A stretch of DNA of 64,000 nucleotides from Candidatus Kaiserbacteria bacterium RIFCSPHIGHO2_02_FULL_49_34. Its GTDB lineage: Bacteria > Patescibacteriota > Minisyncoccia > Phycocordibacterales > UBA918. The stretch spans positions 87,300 to 151,299 of the forward strand of contig MFLE01000025.1 of the NCBI GenBank assembly GCA_001781205.1. The letters run 5' to 3'. Numbering within the stretch: position 1 is the first letter of the stretch; every line of letters begins with the position of its first letter. Positions 41,939 through 49,223 of this stretch are shown in pieces. A program made the position numbers and the translations under genes. Below the pieces are notes generated by a model, which did no database searches, was not told the DNA's origin, and saw only the letters and a program-made list of their open reading frames with translations.

Positions 41939-42107
41939 AGTGAATAATGTTTAATAATGTGAGTACAAGCAAATGGGAGGCTTATACCTTTGCCTATCAT
42001 ACGTCTACATGCAGAAAACTCAAAATGATGTGAGGCATGTGTGTCGTGTCTCCGTAGGCCCGACAAAGTACAACAAAATAAATGCTGGACGCATTTATTT
42101 TGACATT

Positions 42108-42182
42108 TGGTGACCCTACGGAGAATCGAACTCCGATTTCAAGGATGAGAACCTTGCGTCCTAACCATTAGACGATAGGGCC
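42108..42182 (-). tRNA. tRNA-Glu(CTC)
   Basis: Anticodon arm caagg-ttCTCat-ccttg; encoded 3' CCA. Confidence 0.95.
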
Positions 42183-42335
42183 GTGTTTATGCGCATAGAT
42201 ATACCACGTTTTTTTAGAAAATGGAAGTGATTTTGGTGTTACATGTGCGCATTTTGCACGTTTTGCATTGCTTTTTCTCTTTGGTAAACAATATATCCAC
42301 CATTCTGGATTTTACAGAACCGCTACCACGGTCAC

Positions 42336-42363
42336 TTGACTTCCCGAGCGTCACGAGTATAAT
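42336..42363 (+). promoter_or_regulatory. Near-consensus sigma70 promoter convergent on the NYN gene
   Basis: TTGACT-16 nt-TATAAT, with no sense-strand gene downstream. Confidence 0.6.
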
Positions 42364-42368
42364 GAGCA

Positions 42369-42425
42369 TATTCCGACGAAAGGGGTTCCGAACGGTTAAT
42401 TGCCTAAGGACCCCCTTTCTTTTTG
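42369..42425 (+). ncRNA. Candidate small hairpin RNA antisense to the NYN 3' end
   Basis: Follows the promoter; stem gaaaggggttcc/ggaccccctttc (one mismatch) followed by a T tract. Confidence 0.4.
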
Positions 42426-42919
42426 CCTATTTTTTCCATAGTATTGTGGTCGTCCAGAGCCACACAATACTTTGCGGTTAATTTTTTATAAAGTGACGAA
42501 GCGCTCGCTCGTGCAGGGAACAAAATCTTTTCGAACTTTTCCACCTCAATGAGAAAATCCACAAGTTTCTTGTAGTCGCCGTCACCAGAAATAAGAATTA
42601 CTTTCCCTGGTATATCTCCTTTGTAGAGGCTTTGCATGATATCGAAGACAACATCAGTATCCACATTCCCCTTCTTTGTAGTACGCATGAGCGAGTTATG
42701 CTCACGGAACTTTAGAATGAATCCTGCCTCTTGTATCTGATCATAAAACTTTTCATTCTCGTTATCGACGTAACCAAGATGATAGTATGCTTTGATAACG
42801 CCATAACGTTCTTTGAGGAAAACACGAAACCGAGCAAGATCTATAACCCATTTGCCGTTGTTATTTTTCTTTGTTGTGTAGTAGAGGTTTTGTCCGTCTA
42901 TATATGCGATGTTGTTCAT
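42404..42919 (-). CDS. NYN domain (LabA/DUF88, PIN-like) ribonuclease
   Basis: YIDGQNL, KGNVD.D and ISGDGDY acidic catalytic motifs. An alternative start is at 42955. Confidence 0.92.
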   Translation of the reverse strand: MNNIAYIDGQNLYYTTKKNNNGKWVIDLARFRVFLKERYGVIKAYYHLGYVDNENEKFYDQIQEAGFILKFREHNSLMRTTKKGNVDTDVVFDIMQSLYKGDIPGKVILISGDGDYKKLVDFLIEVEKFEKILFPARASASSLYKKLTAKYCVALDDHNTMEKIGKKKGGP

Positions 42920-43023
42920 AATGTTTTGAGGGGTGATTGCCTTGGCCAACATCATTATACCCGTATTCTGAAAAAAGACACACGGATTGCCTCGTGTGTT
43001 TTTTGTGCTTGTTCTATTATATG

Positions 43024-43095
43024 TGACCCTACGGAGAATCGAACTCCGATTTCAAGGATGAAAACCTTGCGTCCTAACCATTAGACGATAGGGCC
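43024..43095 (-). tRNA. tRNA-Glu(TTC)
   Basis: Anticodon arm caagg-ttTTCat-ccttg; otherwise identical to 42111-42182. Confidence 0.95.
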
Positions 43096-43233
43096 GTGTT
43101 TGTGCGCATAGATATACCATACTTTGGGGAAAAATGGAAGCGTTTTTGCGGGGGCTGCCTATCCACAATACTCTCCAAAGGCATAAAAAGAAGGCTGCTG
43201 GGCAGCCTTCGTAGGTATCGTAGTTTCGATACC

Positions 43234-44151
43234 TTAATCAATAAGTGACGCAAGGGTCACTCCCCTCTTCTCGAGTGCTTTCTTGAGATTTTCTTCGGCA
43301 CGAGACCGCATCATGCCAATAGCCCGACTTGTGTAGCCATAGGCAGGGGCGATTTCCTTCAGGCTCTCCTCATGCCCGTCACGAAGGCCGTAAAAGCGTT
43401 CAAGAAGCTCACGCTCCGGCTCAGAAAGGCCACGCAGACAGTCTTTGACAATGGTTTGTAGCGAACCTGCGAGTGCAGACTCGTCTGTTGCCTTGCCTTC
43501 GTCAACGAGAGTTTGGTACGCGGCACCTCCGTTATCCTGTACCTCATCGGATGGGTGTACGGTAATTGTTTGTGCGTTTGCGTATTCTTCAAGCCTTGCG
43601 GCATACTCGAGCTCGATATGCATGCGTTCCGCGAGAATCGACAGTGTCACATGCGCGCCGCTTGCGAGCATTTCGTCACGCATACGCTTGTAGGTAGACA
43701 GTTTCCGCAGAACGTCTTTTTCGATTCTTACCAGCCTTTCATGCTGCAGGTACTCCTTCTTGATGGCGTCATGAATCCACCAGGTTGCATAGTTCGGAAA
43801 CGTGCCTTTCGACGCATCGTATTTCCGTGCGGCGTGTTCGAGTCCGAAATAGCCCGTACTCAAGAGAACCGCGAGCGTCACGACATGACTCGGGCGTTTC
43901 CTTGCATATGATCTCGCGATGCTTGCCATGTGCTGTACTGCACTCATGGCGAGCTCATGTACCGCAGCTTGATCGTCGGAGAGAATTCGTGCTTGCAGCA
44001 CCTGCAACTCTTCCTTAGTGAAGCGTTTGTTGCATGCCTCTGAAGCATACATTTCGTGTTCAAAAAGTTGCACGATTACCTTTTCAGTACTGATGCCGGA
44101 GGAAAAGAGGCTGAGCTCTTTTTTTAGATCCATGCTGATTGAATCACTCAT
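43234..44151 (-). CDS. Divergent sigma-70 family RNA polymerase sigma factor
   Basis: Region 2 GL..AARKYD..KG.F..YATWWI, region 3 LAERM, region 4 LSEPERELL...YGL. Confidence 0.82.
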   Translation of the reverse strand: MSDSISMDLKKELSLFSSGISTEKVIVQLFEHEMYASEACNKRFTKEELQVLQARILSDDQAAVHELAMSAVQHMASIARSYARKRPSHVVTLAVLLSTGYFGLEHAARKYDASKGTFPNYATWWIHDAIKKEYLQHERLVRIEKDVLRKLSTYKRMRDEMLASGAHVTLSILAERMHIELEYAARLEEYANAQTITVHPSDEVQDNGGAAYQTLVDEGKATDESALAGSLQTIVKDCLRGLSEPERELLERFYGLRDGHEESLKEIAPAYGYTSRAIGMMRSRAEENLKKALEKRGVTLASLID

Positions 44152-44293
44152 ATCGATGTACCTTTTTTTTGAATGAACTGTCTTAGAAAACGTAGCATAT
44201 TTGGGTGGAAAGGCAAGGATGTTGTGGTTTTTGCTTGAGTTTTCGCTTTTGATGTGTATAATGCACGAACCGAAAGGTACCGCACATCAATAC

Positions 44294-44380
44294 GCGTCGA
44301 TGGCAGAGCGGTCAAATGCATCAGACTGTAAATCTGACGGACTTCGTCCTACGTTGGTTCAAATCCAACTCGGCGCACCA
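44294..44380 (+). tRNA. tRNA-Tyr(GTA)
   Basis: Anticodon arm tcaga-ctGTAaa-tctga, long variable arm, encoded CCA. Confidence 0.96.
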
Positions 44381-44611
44381 GATAAAATGCGAGCAATCAG
44401 CTCGCATTTTTCTATGTCCGTCAGATTTAATCTGACGGCTGAGTCCTATCTGTCTATGTTTGCGCCAGCAAACATTTTAAACTAGTGCCGGCGGAGGCCG
44501 GCATCCTTAGACAGCTGGGCCACCTGGTCCGCGCTAGCGGTGGCCCTTTCAGTTGGTTCAAGGAACGCCCTACGCAAGCAAGTACACAAAAAGGAACACA
44601 GGTTGTCCTCC

Positions 44612-44690
44612 CTAACGCCTGGATCCTTCCAGGATGACAAAATGAGGGGATAGTACTTTTTATGAAGTGATAGTTAAAATCGATTCTAAC
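44612..44690 (+). repeat. Dispersed ~75-bp intergenic repeat, copy B
   Basis: ctaacgcctggatccttccaggatgacaaaatgagggg...gttaaaatcgattctaac. Confidence 0.75.
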
Positions 44691-44790
44691 ATTTCATCTA
44701 TTAGGCGCACAGGGTTGCAAAAGTCTACAAAAACATCTATGCTCGGGGTAACACTGTTCATTTATTGGTTCTTACCAAAGGAGCTCTCTC

Positions 44791-46242
44791 ATGCTACCAT
44801 GTATTGTTACCCTTAGCGGTGGGTCTGGCGGTTATACGCTTATCCGCGGGCTTGTTGAGTATCCGCTCGACATTACCTCAATTGCTACGGTCTTTGATGA
44901 CGGTGGCTCGACGGGCGTTATCCGCGATGCATACGGCGCGCTGCCGCAAGGCGATTTGCGTCGCTGCATCTTGGCACAGCTTCGTGGCGACCCGCACTGG
45001 CGCGAGCTTTTCACGCATCGGTTCCAGGAAAAGTTTTTGGACGACCATTCGCTCGGCAACATCATGTTGCTCGCCGCGGAAGAACTCTGGGGGCGCGAAC
45101 GTGCCGCCGCAACGCTTGCAAAAATGCTCGGTGCACAGGGGCGTGTCTTGCCTATTTCAACCGACGACTCACGCCTCATCGCCACCATGGACGACGGCAG
45201 CACCATTACGGGTGAGTCGAACATCGACAAACGCAACATACGTCACGATGCACGAGCTATTTCGCGCATGCGTCTCTCCAAGCGTGCAACCATTCACAAG
45301 GAGGCACACACGGCGCTCATGGAGGCGGAGTACATCATCATTGGTCCTGGTGACCTGTACACCTCGCTCGTTCCCATTCTCCTCGTGCGTGGTGCTGCAG
45401 AGACAATCAATGCATCGCCGGCAAAACTCATCTATGTTGCAAACTTGATGACGAAGCCGGCCGAAACAGCGAACTATTCGACGGATGATTTTTTGCAGGC
45501 GTTTCGCACGCATGGCCTGGAGCGCGACATCACCGTCGTCGTGAGTGCACATGACGACATTCCGAAAAACCTCATCACAACCTACTGGGAAAAGGAGCTC
45601 GCAACACCTGTTCGCATGCATGACGCTGCAGCATTTGCACACTATGCACTACGCAATCACACCGCGCCGCTTATTAGCAGCCGGGCTGCAGCAGAAGGCA
45701 TCATCCGTCACAGCAGTCACAAGCTGGGGCGGGCAATCATGGACATCATTGAGGAGAACACGTACGGAAGACACCTGGTCATCGACCTCGATGACACGCT
45801 TGCGGAAACGCATTTACGGCTACAAGGCGACGTCAGCAGGATTTCTGAGCTCACCCTTGCACCGCACGCGCTCGAGTTCCTGCTCTCCTATCAAGGGCGA
45901 CGGGTGCTTCTGAGTACGGGCGATGAAGAGCTACAGCGCAAAAAAATAGCACACCTTGGCATCGAGAAATTCTTCGATGCTATCCACATTGTGCCAACGC
46001 CGGAAGCGAAATCGCTCATGCTTGCAAGCTACGTCAAGATTGTTGGCGATGCAAAGCGTGTTGATGTCGTCGGCGATCGTGTCGATGTGGAAATATGTTA
46101 TGGCATGCGGCTCAGATGTCGGACGGTGCGAGTTGCGCTTCCCGGAGCTCACTATGCACATGTTGTTCCGACGGAAGAACAAACTCCTGACGCAACCGTC
46201 ACGAACTTTGTCGCACTTATGAATCTTCTTGTTCCTTCGTAG
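44791..46242 (+). CDS. YvcK/GlmR (UPF0052) domain fused to a HAD-like hydrolase
   Basis: GGSG, DDGGSTG, GDLRRC and GPGDLYTS; C-terminal DLDDTL and GDRVD.E. Confidence 0.88.
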   Translation: MLPCIVTLSGGSGGYTLIRGLVEYPLDITSIATVFDDGGSTGVIRDAYGALPQGDLRRCILAQLRGDPHWRELFTHRFQEKFLDDHSLGNIMLLAAEELWGRERAAATLAKMLGAQGRVLPISTDDSRLIATMDDGSTITGESNIDKRNIRHDARAISRMRLSKRATIHKEAHTALMEAEYIIIGPGDLYTSLVPILLVRGAAETINASPAKLIYVANLMTKPAETANYSTDDFLQAFRTHGLERDITVVVSAHDDIPKNLITTYWEKELATPVRMHDAAAFAHYALRNHTAPLISSRAAAEGIIRHSSHKLGRAIMDIIEENTYGRHLVIDLDDTLAETHLRLQGDVSRISELTLAPHALEFLLSYQGRRVLLSTGDEELQRKKIAHLGIEKFFDAIHIVPTPEAKSLMLASYVKIVGDAKRVDVVGDRVDVEICYGMRLRCRTVRVALPGAHYAHVVPTEEQTPDATVTNFVALMNLLVPS

Positions 46243-46294
46243 ACATTACGATATGACACACCCCGCTTTTAGCGGGGTGTTTTTTGTTTCGAGG

Positions 46295-46819
46295 TTAGAG
46301 ATGGCTTGCGGTGAGGGCTTTGGCGATGTCGCGGGCGAGCTCGGTGTCGGTGAGCTCTTCCATGTTTTTGTGAGGAAGATAGCCGAGGACTACGCAAGCG
46401 CGATGCATGAGTTCTTGTTCTGCACGGGCGAGGTTTTCTGTTTCTGTTGTGCGGATGAGGGCTTCGGTGATGAGGTCGAAAAGTGGGGCGGCAGATTCTT
46501 CTCCGCGCACCATACGTTTGAGGAAGCGTACGCAGTTGCGCACGAACGCGCGCTGTTCGCGTGTTGTCAGTGGGGTGAACACATTAAGAAAGGGCTCGAC
46601 GCCTGTGATGCGCCACCCTGATTTGCCGCGAATCATTGAGACGGTGAGGATTGAGAATTCCGTGAGGCTGTAGCGCTGTTTTGAACGCTCTTCGCGAACA
46701 CTTTTTGAGGCGGCGTAGAGCATGCCAGCGTCGCGCGTAAAAAGCTGCACCGTTTTATCGGCAGTCATATTGTCAAACGCGCCACAGACGAGCGCTTTGG
46801 TGGTATACACGCGGTACAT
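46295..46819 (-). CDS. recO: DNA repair protein RecO (short form)
   Basis: N-terminal OB fold with LFTRDAGML.A...SVR.E.SK.R. Confidence 0.75.
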   Translation of the reverse strand: MYRVYTTKALVCGAFDNMTADKTVQLFTRDAGMLYAASKSVREERSKQRYSLTEFSILTVSMIRGKSGWRITGVEPFLNVFTPLTTREQRAFVRNCVRFLKRMVRGEESAAPLFDLITEALIRTTETENLARAEQELMHRACVVLGYLPHKNMEELTDTELARDIAKALTASHL

Positions 46820-46856
46820 GGTATTTCGTACGGGAAAGCAAAAAATAAACAGGATT

Positions 46857-46926
46857 GTCATCCTCGGGCTTCATAAAAATAACGGAGCAGAGCGGAGTAT
46901 ATTTTTAAAAGACCCGGGGATGACAG
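46857..46926. repeat. REP-like inverted repeat with a GTCATCC foot
   Basis: tgtcatcctcggg ... cccggggatgaca. Confidence 0.55.
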
Positions 46927-46943
46927 CTCTGTGTGTTGGTTGC

Positions 46944-47480
46944 TTATAATTCCCAAGATTTTATGATTGTGTACTTCCCTGCTTCGTTTTTCCAGAGCGC
47001 GAGGGTATCGAAACGAATGTTCGTGAGCTGTGCGGGGAGGTCGACGGGTGGTACGAGGGATTCTGCGTACGTGCCACGCGGGAGGCGGGCAAGGGTAAGG
47101 TGCGGGATACTTGCGCGCGGGCTGCGGTGACGCGGGTCGTGTTCGGTGAGTTTCGCAAGGCGTCGCTCACAGTCACTCACCAACGTATCAAACCACGGCG
47201 AGCTCGCGTACTTCGCCCAGAGCATGTATGGTTTCGCGGGGCGCATAACGATAGTACGTCCATGTTCGATACTCAACGGTACCGTGTCGTCTGCGATACA
47301 TTCGGCAAGCGTAATAAGCTGTGGGAGATCTTCTTCGGCGACATGACCAAGGTAATGCGTGGTGAGGTGAAAGTCATCCACTGGTGTAGGAGTCCATGGT
47401 GCAGGGATGTTTGCAACCACGTTTGCGAGTGCGGTGCGCGTTTCTTCAGACGGCGCAAGTCCGATAAAATACGTTTCCAT
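46944..47480 (-). CDS. thpR: RNA 2',3'-cyclic phosphodiesterase (2H family)
   Basis: Two HxT motifs (FHLTT..LG and PHLTLAR). Confidence 0.85.
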   Translation of the reverse strand: METYFIGLAPSEETRTALANVVANIPAPWTPTPVDDFHLTTHYLGHVAEEDLPQLITLAECIADDTVPLSIEHGRTIVMRPAKPYMLWAKYASSPWFDTLVSDCERRLAKLTEHDPRHRSPRASIPHLTLARLPRGTYAESLVPPVDLPAQLTNIRFDTLALWKNEAGKYTIIKSWEL

Positions 47481-47487
47481 AGAGAAA

Positions 47488-48654
47488 CTATACCATAGTC
47501 TGCATGAGGTCTTGCCACTTATTCAATACATCAATACATTCGTCAACGTCATCACGCGTTGTGGTTTCGCTGAGGGTCATACGGAGAGTTGCTGTTGCGC
47601 GGGCTTCATCACGTGTCATGGCGCGAATAACATGCGAACCTGTTTTACCAAGCGCGCCACAAGCACTGCGCGTAGAGACCGCGACGCCATGGGTATCGAG
47701 ATACATCACTGCATACTCTGTATCCATGCCGGGAAGTGAAATATTCACATTATTTACAAGACGCTCTTCGCGTGAGCCGTTGAGGACTGCATTCGGAAAT
47801 GTTTGTATGAGGCGTTCAAGGAAATAGTCACGAACGACGCGAACCTGCTCAGCACGGACTTCTCGCCCCGCTACTGCGCGTGCGAATGCCGCAACACCAC
47901 CAACAATAAGTGGTGTGTTTTCGGTGCCTGCACGGAGTCCTGCTTCTTGTGTGCCGCCGTAGGTTTGTGCTTTAAGGGTGACATTGTGCTTATGTGCGAG
48001 TACACCGAGCCCTTTGGGTCCGTAGCACTTCCCTGCGTCGAGCGACATCATGTCGACGCCAAGCGCGTCCATGCCGAGCGGCAGCCAGAGCGGCGCTTGT
48101 GCGGCGTCGATATGGGTGAGAATCTCTACTTCGTGCGCACGAGCGAATTCCTGCACAACGCGCACCAGCGCACGCACATCCTGCACCACACCTGTTTCGC
48201 TGTTTGCGTAAGCAAAGGTCACGAGTACAGTATTTTTTGTGAGGGCATCCGCAAGTACCTTCTTTGCAGTGAGTCCTGATTCTTGCACGGGGAGATACGT
48301 GACTTTTACGCCACGCTGCTCGAGTTCTTTCATTGCTTCGAGCACCGACGGGTGCTCAACCTCGGTCGTGATTACCTCGGGTGCAGCAACACCGCTTGCG
48401 GCGATAGTGCCAAAAATCGCAAGGTTATTCGCTTCCGTGCCACCGCTTACAAACGTGATGCCTTCTGGACGAATCGTTAAAAGCCGCGCGAGCTGTGCAC
48501 GCGCATCATCAATTGCTTTTTTTGCGGCACGCCCTTCTGCATGCACCGCGCCTGCATTGCCAAACACCTCAGAAAAGTATGGAAGCATGACTTCCACAAC
48601 TTCTGGCGCGCACGGCGTCCCTGCCGCCATATCCAAATACACTCGCTTTTTCAT
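47488..48654 (-). CDS. iscS: Cysteine desulfurase (IscS/NifS family)
   Basis: GGTEANN, EHPSV, NSETG, H.DAAQ, K.YGPKG and SAC. Confidence 0.92.
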   Translation of the reverse strand: MKKRVYLDMAAGTPCAPEVVEVMLPYFSEVFGNAGAVHAEGRAAKKAIDDARAQLARLLTIRPEGITFVSGGTEANNLAIFGTIAASGVAAPEVITTEVEHPSVLEAMKELEQRGVKVTYLPVQESGLTAKKVLADALTKNTVLVTFAYANSETGVVQDVRALVRVVQEFARAHEVEILTHIDAAQAPLWLPLGMDALGVDMMSLDAGKCYGPKGLGVLAHKHNVTLKAQTYGGTQEAGLRAGTENTPLIVGGVAAFARAVAGREVRAEQVRVVRDYFLERLIQTFPNAVLNGSREERLVNNVNISLPGMDTEYAVMYLDTHGVAVSTRSACGALGKTGSHVIRAMTRDEARATATLRMTLSETTTRDDVDECIDVLNKWQDLMQTMV

Positions 48655-48750
48655 AGTGGCACTATACCATAGTACCGATTTCTCGCACGTATTTTCTACA
48701 TAAAAAAACCCACGAGAAACATATGTTCCATGGGTTTTGTCCAGCTGTAA

Positions 48751-49122
48751 TCACAGTTGGAGATTGTTGATTGCGGACTGGATCTGCATGGCGAGTGGAC
48801 CAGGGGTGTTTTCGTTTACCCACTGATGCTGTGCCCCGGTGCGCGCATACTGCTGTGCCTTTTGAAATGCGAGCTTGCGCAGGATACCAGAAGTTGCATC
48901 ATGTACTGATTTCGAAACATCAAAATCAGTCAGATACTGTTCGGCCTTGTGTGCGGCGATGAAACTAAGTTCGCCCGAGCAGTGCTCGTACACCCACAGA
49001 CAGTGCCGCAGACCGTGAAGCGCGCCACGGATGGCTTCTTCGCGACCACCAGCATCGGCGATTTGTTCGAGCGCAACATATTCTCCTGCAAGAAACAGTT
49101 CAGGTATAGAAGCAGTGTTCAT
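48751..49122 (-). CDS. Hypothetical protein
   Basis: TTGACA-17-TACTAT promoter and GAGGG SD. Confidence 0.6.
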   Translation of the reverse strand: MNTASIPELFLAGEYVALEQIADAGGREEAIRGALHGLRHCLWVYEHCSGELSFIAAHKAEQYLTDFDVSKSVHDATSGILRKLAFQKAQQYARTGAQHQWVNENTPGPLAMQIQSAINNLQL

Positions 49123-49223
49123 GTCGAATCCCTCACTCTAAGGTACTCTACTAAGGAACAACGTCTCGAAAATAGTACTGTATAGATAATATTTTGTCAA
49201 TAGTCAGATTGACGGAGAGAGTC

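Noticed and set aside
38000-44200. Prophage or integrative element at tRNA-Glu/Tyr
   Set aside because: No integrase, transposase or phage structural gene was found; treated only as a variable region.
44765-45448. 227-aa + strand ORF overlapping yvcK
   Set aside because: It is an alternative-frame shadow with no motifs; yvcK has the SD and family signatures.
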